Shown here: positions 51,407 through 62,800 of the stretch, one piece after another
How the letters are laid out: every line of letters starts with the position of its first letter
Numbering within the stretch: position 1 is the stretch's first letter
From: Neoechinorhynchus agilis
Taxonomy: Eukaryota > Animalia > Acanthocephala
DNA length: 64,000 nucleotides
Direction: 5' to 3'
NCBI GenBank assembly: GCA_051530055.1
Contig: CM121341.1
Location: 4,194,784 to 4,258,783, forward strand
Position numbers and translations under genes: made by a program
The notes under the pieces: generated by a model
Databases searched by the model: none
Seen by the model: the letters and a program-made list of their open reading frames with translations, nothing else
Told to the model about the DNA's origin: nothing

Positions 51407-52729
51407 TTATTGTACATAATTGAGCACTTTATCAAACAACGAATTGTAAAGTTCAATAGGATGACCCGAGAATAAAGACAAGGCGGTTGTAGAAGGCACG
51501 ATTTCTACGCCTTTTGGATCAATCCCGGCTGCAGTTAAATAATCCTCTAACGTGTCTTGAACTCTTCTTCCGACGAATCGAATGAAAGGTCTTAAGTCTC
51601 CATCATTTGCATATTCCAAAGCTCGGAAGTACATATCACGATGTTGAACTTTGATCACAATCGGTGGAAAGCCTCCTCTCATGAGCACAAGATTAAGAAA
51701 CGCCCGTGCGGTCCTTCCATTTCCGTCGACGAAAGGATGAATATGTGTAAGTTTTTGATGGGCGACTGCAGATAGGACGACTGGGTGAAGAGAAATTTGG
51801 TTTAAGACGGTGTTTACGCTCAACCAGCGGTCAAAACGCTGGATGGCGGACTGAAGTGGTAATCCAGGAGGTGGAGGATTCGCTTTTTGGATAAAGACGT
51901 TTTCAGTTCTCACAATTCCTCCGCCAAAAGGATCAACAAATCCGTACACTCGGAGATGGATCTTTAAAATATCCGCAAACGTGAGTGGTCCAGGACGTCT
52001 TACCAACGTCTCATTGATAAAACGGAGTGCTTCATCAAGACCGCGGATTTCTTGATGTTCGAAAAAATTATGGTCAGTTGCTAGGCCAGTGTCGAGCAGG
52101 TAACGTGTATCTTCAAGAGACATTGTATTTCCTTCAATCGCAGCTGAATGGTATATATGAAGTGAATACTGTTCATGCTTCAATTGCGTCAAGTTGGGAT
52201 GGTTTTTAGGCACTTCGTACATTCGAGCAAGCAGTAGATCGAGATAGGCGAGAAACGCTGATTCTAGCTGTTCTACCAAAGGTTTTACCTCCGTTCGCCT
52301 CCGGTACGCTTTTTCCAGGGTAGGACGACGGACAAGTGCTCTAAAATAAAGATGATCCGCCATTACCGGATTGTATAGATGATTGTTGTGGAAATCTCCG
52401 TAAGCCATCAATGCACGCTGGCTCCATGGATTAAGCTTTAATGCGTGTCTATAAAGACGATCCGCTTTTTCAAAGCGACCAGCCTTAGCTAATGCTCGAG
52501 CTGAACTCAAAAGTACTTGGATTTCTGTAGAGGATGAGATTGTTGATACTTCGTGCATTCGCGAGCTGGAGATGTTTATCAGCCAAAAATCAATATCTCC
52601 GTAATACGAATTGAATACACAGATTTCATAGAGTCCAACGATGGTTATAAAAAGGTGCAGAATTGCGAAAACAGTAGGTGGAATGTCACTTGTGGATCCG
52701 TATGATACACGCCCGGCAGTACACGGCAT
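51407..52729 (-). CDS. FICD: FIC-domain AMPylase HYPE/FICD, paralog 1 (440 aa, intronless)
   Basis: N-terminal TM segment, TPR repeats, inhibitory HSAAIEGN, catalytic HPFVDGNGRTAR. Confidence 0.95.
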   Translation of the reverse strand: MPCTAGRVSYGSTSDIPPTVFAILHLFITIVGLYEICVFNSYYGDIDFWLINISSSRMHEVSTISSSTEIQVLLSSARALAKAGRFEKADRLYRHALKLNPWSQRALMAYGDFHNNHLYNPVMADHLYFRALVRRPTLEKAYRRRTEVKPLVEQLESAFLAYLDLLLARMYEVPKNHPNLTQLKHEQYSLHIYHSAAIEGNTMSLEDTRYLLDTGLATDHNFFEHQEIRGLDEALRFINETLVRRPGPLTFADILKIHLRVYGFVDPFGGGIVRTENVFIQKANPPPPGLPLQSAIQRFDRWLSVNTVLNQISLHPVVLSAVAHQKLTHIHPFVDGNGRTARAFLNLVLMRGGFPPIVIKVQHRDMYFRALEYANDGDLRPFIRFVGRRVQDTLEDYLTAAGIDPKGVEIVPSTTALSLFSGHPIELYNSLFDKVLNYVQ

Positions 52730-52867
52730 TCTCGATATGAATTATTGGATCTGAAACAAAAGTTAATCTTAGATCAGTGCATTTAATGAGAGAAAAAAAC
52801 TAGTTCTCCCGGATAAAATATATCTTATTCTCATCAGTCATTGTATTAAAAAAAGATGTTCGAAAAC

Positions 52868-53340
52868 CTCCCTATACTTTTTCAGCCCGAAGGATTTTCT
52901 CCCGATCTTTTTGTTCTCGTGTTTGATGAGATCCCGTATTAAATTGTAAATGAAAGCGACCAACACCGAGGGAATCGATGTCGTGATTTTCGCTGCGAGT
53001 ATAAGTAAATTTAATCAATTCGAAAAGCTCCCTATACTTTTTCACCCCGAAGGATTTTCTCCCGATTAATAACTTTTTTTCTCGTATTTGATGAGATCCC
53101 GTATTAAATTGTAAATGAAAGCGACCAACATCGTGGGAATCGATGTTGTGATTTTCGCTGCGAGTATAAGTAAATTTAATCAATTCGAAAACCTCCCTAT
53201 ACTTTTTCACCCCGAAGGATTTTCTCCCGATCTTTTTGTTCTCGTGTTTGATGAGATCCCGTATTAAATTGTAAATTAAAGCGACCAACACCGAGGGAAT
53301 CGATGTCGTGATTTACGCTGCGAGTATAAGTAAATTTAAT
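52868..53340. repeat. Tandem array of about 160-bp units x 3
   Basis: ctccctatactttttca at about 52868, 53028 and 53192. Confidence 0.92.
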
Positions 53341-53819
53341 CAATAGACAAACGTAAATAATTGAAAATTAACAAAATCGTCGAAGGATACCGAAAATTCA
53401 CTCATCAATGGGTGCGCAATTTATGTGATTGATTTCGTCAATCGACGGGAATGTCGCATTTATTTGCGAATTCAAATCAAATTTGATATTTCGAAGACAA
53501 TGCTGATAGAGAAATAAAGTTGAACTGCGTCCGAATTGTTTGCATAAAAAGAACGAGCGGATCTGATTAATCTACACAAGGTCACGTGAGCTAAGATTAA
53601 AACAGTAAGGAAAAATCAATGTAAACATTCATCACTGGTGTGTTATGGAACGAAATCGGGAAAAATAAGAGCGTTGCGGCGATATTCTTTAGATTTTTTG
53701 CCGAACTCGAGATTTAGTGTTCTTGAAACGATAAATTTGACATCAAAAACTATTTTAAGCTTAAAACTGGAATTCAGCGTTTGTTTCACAAAACAAATAT
53801 TTTCATTAGTGTACAGAAT

Positions 53820-56583
53820 TTAAAATCCCTCCATTACAATTTTATCCATTTCCTTGAAAACTGTCGCATGGCACGCTTCTGTGCCTTCCAATGCACGATT
53901 ATTTGCTTGGCCAGTTTTCGCCAGATAGTTCCTAATAGCCTCTAAGGTTTGCTGCTCAACGAACCTAATGAACGGTCGAACATCTCCATCATGCCCATAA
54001 GCGAGTGTCCTATAGTAAACTTCTCTAAGACACGATTCTATGATGACTGGCGGAAATCCAGCACGAATAAGCAGCAGGTTCATCAATAAGCGGGCAGTTC
54101 GACCATTTCCATCAACAAACGGATGAATTTGAACAAGGCGAAAATGAGCCAAAGCCGCCAATCTTACTGGATGTAGGAAACAGTCGGAAGAAGAGGATGT
54201 GCAGCGCCTCAGCCATTGGTCGAATTTATCAAGTTTGTGGTTAAGAAGTTCTCCCGGTGGAGGAGGGACGTGTTTTCCTATGTATATTTGATTGTCGCGA
54301 ATAGTACCCGCATCCATGGGACTCACATATCCAAACAAACGGCGATGGAGTTCAATAACATCGGTCAGTGTAATTGGTGATTTCCGTTTGAGTAAGAACT
54401 TATGGTGATTTTCTAGTCTTTAATGAAAAAATATACGAGCTACCCAAAAAATACATAATCCAATAAAATATTTAAGGATTTTCTTGACAATTTGGTGTAA
54501 AAATCAGTACTCAACCGTTTAATCCTTTCCCTCAAAGAGTAGGTAAGTGAAATGTGACGGGTCGTGGTGGTTATGTGGGGTTTCGTGCAAGCATTCGCCG
54601 TGAATCACTCAAATCTAAACGAAAATTCATACGTATTAAAAATTTCAACATTTTCATTTCACGTGGCATCTCTTACAACAAAAGTGCTAACCGACATCGA
54701 AAACCCGGAGCATTTTTGGAACATATTGAAATAATACAAACTTTTTATCTGGAAAAAATACAAGCCATCGAACTATGCACCTTAGGTATCCAGTGGAACT
54801 TGTAAGTTATGAACGGGTTTTTACTGTTCCATGTTTGCAGCTCCAAAACGTTAAATTGTAAGGTTCATGTTGTTTTCCGCTCTTTCGTCCGAATCAATTC
54901 GCATTTAGAGGATTGAACGGTGGGAAGAAAGAGCAGAGATAGAGCGCTGAACGAGGAAAAGCAGATCGTTGAAAATATTAGTGCCGCAGTTGCAAATGAC
55001 GGCTCTGCTGGGTTCATAGGAAAAGTTATGATTTCTGAATATATCACTGTGGCAAAAGTTCCTTAAAGCCTCAGCCGTGACATCATGATAATTTATGAGC
55101 TCTCAGTAAATTCGGCCTCATCAATTTCAAAGCTATACGTGAGCACATCGCCGGTTCTTGCGGTATCACGATTCAGGACCATCTAGTCGAAAGTTGACGC
55201 AAGGAAACAAAGTTCGTTGGTATCCCGCTTGTAAGTTAAATACTTTTGAAAAAATTCGGCATTTGTCGAACTATGTTGTACTTTTGAGTACCGATAAAGC
55301 TTTCAATCACTCCACAGAGCTTTTTATAAGCTTTAAACCTTTTTTGAGATAGAAACGACCCAAAAGTACCATCAAAAGAAAATTATTTCACTGTTCAGAC
55401 TAAGAGAACCGTAAAGATGTTCGTAATTTGTTTTGATGAGGGTGACATGAATAGAAGTAATTCAATTTTATTTGATATTTCCACTTCTACGTGGCACTTC
55501 TTCGGAATTGCTTGCAAGTTTTCTACTATGTAAGCTTAGAAAACTTACAAACAATTCTGAAGAAGGCTCCTCGTAGAGGTCGGGATAATAAAATTAAAAC
55601 TGAGAGAATCATTGAACTGGTTTTAACTGGGCAAAAAGAGTTCGAAAAGCATCCACGCCACCGCTTTGGATTACTCAACGGTCGTTCTGATGTAATGTTC
55701 GAAAAGACGGATGCAGCGGTCCCCCCCCCGTTCCACAACCCGGCTTATGTTTTGCTGTAAGGATGCTCATATGCTTGAGAAGTTCTTGCGCCGCGGTACC
55801 GAACGAGCCAATATTGAAAATACTTCGGTTTTAGAGTTTCTCTTGAAATTTCTAGGTGAAACAACAGTTCATTCGCTGTACGTACTATCACCACAAGTGG
55901 CGTAATTCAACTTTAATAAAATGCAGAGCGTCGTCAACTCCGACAACCTCCTGGTGATCGACAAGCGGTCTCCCAGCAACAGCCAGTTTTCGTTCCAGCA
56001 AAAATTCGATTTCACTCATACCAAGCTTATTCCCATGGATCGCAGTCGAATGAAAGACATAAGAGAGGTAAGCGTCACGGTGAACGATCTCTAAGTCACC
56101 ATGATCTGTAGAAACCTTATAGAGACGCGCTAGTTCACGATTTATCTCCTCAAAGCACTGACAATCGATCTCGGAGACAATCGGTAAGAGACGTCTATGA
56201 TGGGAGAGAGCATTTGAGCCCCCTTCGTTAATCAAAGATCGAAAATAGAGGTGAGAAGCAACGACTGGATTTGAAAGATACCGTTCAAAGAATTCCGCAT
56301 ATATTCCCAATAAATAACCATTGTTGGGATCCGCCAGAACAGCTCGTCGGAGCATTCGTCCAGCTTTTTGTATTTTACCAGCTTTGGCAAAATCCAAAGC
56401 CGTACGAACGATCACGGACACTTCCTGGCTGCTTCCTAAGTGAGTTGGCATTGTTTGTACAAACGGGAGAGATGACTCGATTTCTCCAAGTATTTTTTCA
56501 ATATGCATTGATCCTCTAATAAAGATGATTGTAACGAACGTCAAGTAGACTACATCCCGAGTTTCACTCCAGGACAATGCCAT
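53820..56583 (-). CDS. FICD: FICD/HYPE paralog 2, split by a 1510-bp insertion (about 54392-55902)
   Basis: N-part TM-TPR-HSTAIHGN...FIKVEL; C-part LKRKSPITL...HPFVDGNGRTAR; the joined halves are colinear with paralog 1. Confidence 0.9.
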
Positions 56584-58009
56584 AGAGCGATCATAGGAAA
56601 TGTAGTCCGAAGGTAGATTTTTCCTCGATCATCTACGATAGCGCTGATATTTTCACGAATCGATTGGGAACTAGGAAGCCTCTAGTTTACTCTTCGAAAT
56701 CGATCCTGGATTTTCAAGAAAAAAAATCACGATTAATTTGGAAATAAGGTCGTCGCGGTGATCAAAAAAATAGGCAAATCTTTTTTTAAATATTTCAATG
56801 TTTAAATAAAAAGATTCCGTTTTACGACCGGAAAACAAACATTTTTTAACAAACCACATATCCAGCTAAATGGTCTTATCGTTCAAACTTTATTAAAAGT
56901 CGAGGGAGAAAATCCTTCGGAATGACAGTGTTGAAGTTGTGGTAATCATATTCAAGTTATCTAATTTCAAACAATGACTGATGAGGCTACTTCTTTCGAA
57001 ATATCCTAATAAAATTTGTCTTATCCATGCAATCTCCAAATTAACGCACAGAATTAAAACGATATTCAGGTAGAATTTCCGCAGCATGCGACCTTGGCAT
57101 ATCAAAGAGCTGTTAGTTGATGACTCAGATAACACGAGACTCGTCGTGAATGCGTAACTCAATGGTAAAGAGAAATGCAAAATCTTATAGCTGCCCGGAC
57201 CTTTGTGGAATCCACGATTAAAAATCAACGGGAAACACACCAAAGATAATAGTGATTAAAGTTTTAAAGTACCACCAACAGTTAGAAACCGTTGGCGGAT
57301 ACTGTCGACTGATATCTCAACCTCATGTTTTCTATTCGTGTCATTTGGCAAATAATCACAGCTGACCGAATGTAATTTGGATTCTTCCGTGTATTTACGT
57401 AATGCGTACAAAATCCAGTGCTTACGTCACCGAAAGGAGCAAAGCGATGGAATTGATTATGACTGATACGATCAATCGAAATATAAATTCGCCTTTAACG
57501 ATTTCTCTCGGATGTTTACAATCGACCAGAATAAAAACACAAATGATCTGGATACTTAATTTTTTTTAATTAGAATTCACCTCCATTCGTCTCAATGGTG
57601 AGAAGTTTTTTAAAGGTAGAGCGAGACGAATCGAGGCGTTTTTGTATTTCTTTACACTTCACCGTCCTTGTAAAAAACTGTGGCATTGATATTAGGGAAG
57701 GTGAAGTCCCAAAGAGAAGTCTTCTACGCAATTTTCAAATGTATAAAATCAGTAACGTTCATTATTAAAAAAATGTAAAAATAGATTATTTTGCCATTTT
57801 TTAACTTAAAGCCACGATCGCAACCCAACGAACATGAATTGGCTATCTCGCAATACTTTGACGAGGGCTAAGTAGACACACAAAATACGATGATTAATGG
57901 CGACAAATATTTCATGAATTTATCTGTACGTTTTAGAAGTGAGCTTTCGTAGAAGTGAAAATTTGATCTTCAAAAAAGGAGGCTACTATGATCCTCCCAT
58001 TTCTTATCC

Positions 58010-60615
58010 ACCGCATCCGTCATCCACATTCCGGATTTGTCATCCTCTCGAATTCCTGATCTGTTCTCCACTCCGGTCGGATCCGTCATCCACACTCCGG
58101 ATCTGTAATCCACTCCAAACTCCGAATCCGTCATCCACTCCAAATTTCGGATTTGTCATCCACTCAAATTCCGGATCCGTTCTCCACTTCGGCCGGATCC
58201 GTCATCCACATTCCGGATCCATCATCCACTCAAAATTCTGGATTTGTCATCCACTCGAATTCCTGATCCGTTCTCCACTCCGGCCGGATCCGTCATCCAT
58301 TCCAAATTCCTGATTCGTCATCCACTCCAAATTCCGGATTTGTCATCCACTCAAATTCCTGATCCGTTCTCCACTCCGGCCGGATCCGTTCTCCACTTCG
58401 GCCGGATCCATCATCCACTCCAAATTCCGGATTTGTCATCCACTCAAATTCCTGATCCGTTCTCCACTCCGGCCGGATCCGTTCTCCACTTCGGCCGGAT
58501 CCATCATCCACTCCAAATTCCGGATTTGTCATCCACTCGAATTCCTGATCCGTTCTCCACTTCGGCCGGATGCGTCATCCACATTCCTGATCCGTCATCC
58601 ACTCCAAATTCCTGATCCATCATCCACTCCAAATTCCTGATCCGTTCTCCACTCCGGCCGGATCCGTTCTCCACTTCGGCCGGATCTCATCCACGTCATC
58701 CATCCAATTGTCCTCATCCCTCTTTGGGGTGTTCGTCTTCCATTCCAAATTCCGGATTTGTCATCCACTCGAATTCCTGATCCGTTCTCCACTTCGGCCG
58801 GATGCGTCATCCACATTCCTGATCCGTCATCCACTCCAAATTCCTGATCCATCATCCACTCCAAATTCCTGATCCGTTCTCCACTCCGGCCGGATCCGTC
58901 ATCCACATTCCGATCGTCATCCACTCCAAATTCCGGATTTGTCATCCACTCAAATTCCTGATCCGTTCTCCACTGGGATCGTTCTCCACTTCGGCCGGAT
59001 CCTCATCCACTCCAAATTCCGGATTTGTCATCCACTCAAATTCCTGATCCGTTCTCCACTCCGGCCGGATCCGTTCTCCACTTCCGGATCCATCATCCAC
59101 TCCAAATTCCGGATTTGTCATCCACTCGAATTCCTGATCCGTTCTCCACTCGGCCGGATCCGTCATCCACATTCCTGATCCGTCATCCACTCCAAATTCC
59201 GATTCATCCACTCAAATTCCTGATCCGTTCTCCACTCGGCCGATCCGTTCTCCACTTCGGCCGGATCCATCATCCACTCCAAATTCCGGATTTGTCATCC
59301 ACTCGAATTCCTGATCCGTTCTCCACTTCGGCCGGATGCGTCATCCACATTCCTGATCCGTCATCCACTCCAAATTCCTGATCCATCATCCACTCCAAAT
59401 TCCTGATCCGTTCTCCACTCCGGCCGGATCCGTTCTCCACTTCGGCCGGATTCATCATCCATTCCAAATTCCGGATTTGTCATCCACTCGAATTCCTGAT
59501 CCGTTCTCCACTTCGGCCGGATGCGTCATCCACATTCCTGATCCGTCATCCACTCCAAATTCCTGATCCATCATCCACTCCAAATTCCTGATCCGTTCTC
59601 CACTCCGGCCGGATCCGTTCTCCACTTCGGCCGGATTCATCATCCATTCCAAATTCCGGATTTGTCATCCACTCGAATTCCTGATTCGTTCTCCACTCCG
59701 GCCGGATCCGTCATCCACATTCCTGATCCGTCATCCACTCCTAATTCCTGATTCGTCATCCACTCGAATTCCGAATCCGTTCTCCACTTCGGCCGGACCC
59801 GTCATCCATATTCCGGATCCGTCCTCCACTCCAAATTCCGGATTTGTCATCCACTTGAATTCCTGATCCGTTCTCCACTTCGGCCGGATCCATCATCCAC
59901 TCCAAATTCCGGATTTGTCATCCACGCGAATTCCGGATCCGTTCTCCACTCGGCCGGATCCGTTTCCACTCCGCCGGATCCGTTCTCCACTTCGGCCGGA
60001 TCGTCATCCACATTCCTGATCCGTCATCCACTCAAATTCCTGATCCGTCATCCACTCCGGCCGGATCCGTTCTCCACTTCGGCCGGATCCGTCATCCACA
60101 TTCCGGATCCGTCATCCACTCAGAATTCCTGATCCGTTCTCCACTTCGGCCGGATCCGTCATCCACATTCCTGATCCGTCATCCACTCCAAATTCCTGAT
60201 CCGTCATCCACTCCGGCCGGATCCGTTCTCCACTTCGGCCGGATCCGTCATCCACCCGGATCTCATCCATCCACATTCCGGATCCGTCATCCACTCGAAT
60301 TCCTGATCCGTTCTCCACTTCGGCCGGATCCGTCATCCACATTCCTGATCCGTCATCCACTCCAAATTCCTGATCCGTCATCCACTCCGGCCGGATCCGT
60401 TCTCCACTTCGGCCGGATCCGTCATCCACTCCACATTCCGGATCCGTCATCCACTCAGAATTCCTGATCCGTTCTCCACTTCGGCCGGATCCGTCATCCA
60501 CATTCCTGATCCGTCATCCACTCCAAATTCCTGATCCGTCATCCACTCCGGCCGGATCCGTTCTCCACTTCGGCCGGATCCGTCATCCACTCCACATTCC
60601 GGATCTGTCATCCAA
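58010..60615. repeat. GC-rich modular minisatellite of 20-31 nt related modules
   Basis: Modules tccgttctccacttcggccgga, tccgtcatccacattcctga and tccgtcatccactccaaattcctga in varying order. Confidence 0.97.
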
Positions 60616-60973
60616 TCCAAAGTAGACAATCAAATTCATTTATCCTGTCAGTACTCGAGCGTTCAGTCTGTTCACGAGAACCCAGAGGTACATAATTCCT
60701 CTTCTTTAACAAAATAAAACGTGTTACTGTTATATTTCTAAAACAGCAAATATTTATTTGGCTATTCGACCTTTACTGCGTTTCAATGTAAAATTTGACG
60801 ATGTCGAGAATGTGAGTTTCTATGAAATATTTCATAAAAGGCGCATATTTGGTAAATGATCTCTCAATCTAAAAGGAGACAAACCTGCCTATCGGCATTT
60901 TAAAGTTACACGATTGAACAAATTAATTGTAGGTTCATTTAAACGATTGAAAGTTCCAAAGACATGCCTATAA

Positions 60974-61777
60974 TTATTGATCAAACAAACATTGCGACAA
61001 ATCTCTCATAGACTCGACTTTGTCTCTGATCCAGAAATGATCATTACTATTTGTTAAAAGGATGGACTTTAGTCCGACTTGTCTTGGAGCGATATAATCC
61101 GCCATAAGTTCATCTCCAATATGAATTCCAGTTCCATAAGTAAGAAGATGCTCTCGTCCATCAAGTACACGTTCGAATATTTCCGGATTCGGTTTCTCAA
61201 TTTTCATATTAATTGGCGTATAAATGAATTTGAAGTATTGATAGAGGCCAAGCTCGTCCAGGAGTGACGGGAGTCGATCGTCACAATTGCTGACGATTCC
61301 CAGCTCAACACCGTGTTCAGCTAATCGACGTACCACGTCGACTGCTCCATCAAGAAGGTGCCAATGTTCAGCTTTTCTCAATTCAGTATGAAGATACGAT
61401 GCAATCTCCTTTCGTTGTTCAAGTTCCGCTACGTTCGTTTCCAAAGCTTTCTCAACAAAGTGATGCCACCATCTTTGTATAGCTGAACGAAGTACGGCAA
61501 AATCATCTTCGTTCAACTTCTCATCTCATACGGTATAACCTTGGTTTACTCCATAGCAAGGAGCATTGGCTTTCATTTCACGCCATGCTCGAATGTAAGT
61601 AGGTGCAAGCAGATTCGGATCGATCTCCAAATTGAACTTTTTCTTTATTAGGTTACAGTATACACATACCGTAGTGGGTCCTTTGAGCCTTATTAAAGTG
61701 TGAAGAGCGTCAAAAGTAAAGAGAGAAGGTGGATTTTGACGACTTAATGGCAAGATAAATCGTCGAAAATGCTGCAT
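60974..61777 (-). CDS. HDHD3: HAD-superfamily hydrolase (HDHD3/REG-2-like), split by a 51-bp insertion (about 61478-61531)
   Basis: LFTFDALHTL, APCYG, QRWW, LGIVSNCDDRL, EKPNPEIF, IHIGDELMADY. Confidence 0.85.
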
Positions 61778-61829
61778 TCTGAAATGTTGCGAAGAGAATG
61801 TGAAAATTGAGACTCTTAAACGATGCCTC

Positions 61830-62045
61830 AATTAGGAAACGGTCATTAGCGGACGATCCGTCGCGTAGTCGTATGAAAAGCACACGACTTCGACCACGAA
61901 GCTTTTGTGCCGAACTCGGACGACGACTTGCAGCACAAACAGGAGAGCGACGCGAGAGGATTTTCCTGATCCAAAGAATAAGCCTCGCAATCCAACAAGG
62001 AAATGCGGTCAGCGTCCGGGGGACGATCTCAGCTGTAAAGTAACT
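61830..62045 (+). mobile_element. CRE-like retrotransposon 3' end fragment
   Basis: FCAELGRRLAAQTGERRERIFLIQRISLAIQQGNAVSVRGT. Confidence 0.85.
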
Positions 62046-62489
62046 AATTAACTTTCTTATAAAATAAAAATTAAACGAGAAAAAAATTGACCAATAGAGC
62101 ATTAAACATAATCGTCCACTGTGAGATTGTTCAGAGTTGTCGTTACGAAAAACACCCTTTCAAATATTAAAATCCTTGTTAAAATTTGAGTGCAACGACT
62201 TGTTAACGTATGAACATCAAAGTGATTTTTACAATATGTGGAAGTGGGGAAAATTAATTCCTAGATATATAATTATCCCCACTTTCACATACTCATGGAT
62301 TTTATCTTTTACCGACTTTTACAAAATCGAATATTTTATGATAAAAAGCTTCAAGTTTCAAAAAAGATACGTACTTCCAAATCTTAATACCTCCGAACAC
62401 TAATACCAATTTTGAAATATTTGAGTAATCGGCCGTGGATGAAATCTCCGAATTCAGTTTTGGTCAAGGGCTAGAATTCACCCCCCCTA

Positions 62490-62800
62490 CAGTGGGCTCA
62501 TAACAAAATGAGACGAAATATCGCTGATGAGTCCAGTCTTTTCGGGCTGGGTTATCTATTGATCCAGATGGATGATTTTCAAATTATATATATTTTTGAG
62601 ATTATTCAAACCTTTTAAGCGGGATCCTCAGGACTTATCAGTGAGTTTCTTGCTTTTGGTTGTACATCCTCGGCGGTAAAGGATTTGAACCCGACGAAAT
62701 ATTGCTGAAGGATACTCACTGATGAGTCTTGTCTCCTCGAGAGGTGGTATCTGAAGATCCGGGAAGCGGGAATCCTTCAACGATGTTTCGTCCCCTTTGG
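62490..62800. repeat. Dispersed diverged relatives of the 375-bp satellite core, in both orientations
   Basis: gacgaaatattgctgaagga..ctcactgatgag..ctcctcgagaggtggtatctg..gatccgg resembles 34520-34595. Confidence 0.6.

Noticed and set aside
58244-60629. Repetitive ORFs in the minisatellite
   Set aside because: Module lengths are not multiples of three and frames break repeatedly on both strands.
62505-62730. Hammerhead-like CTGATGAG and GACGAAA motifs (also at 34520-34560)
   Set aside because: No stem I can form (one base between the UH site and CUGAUGA), and satellite copies replace CTGA with CAAA. The motif is the loop of a CTCA/TGAG hairpin.
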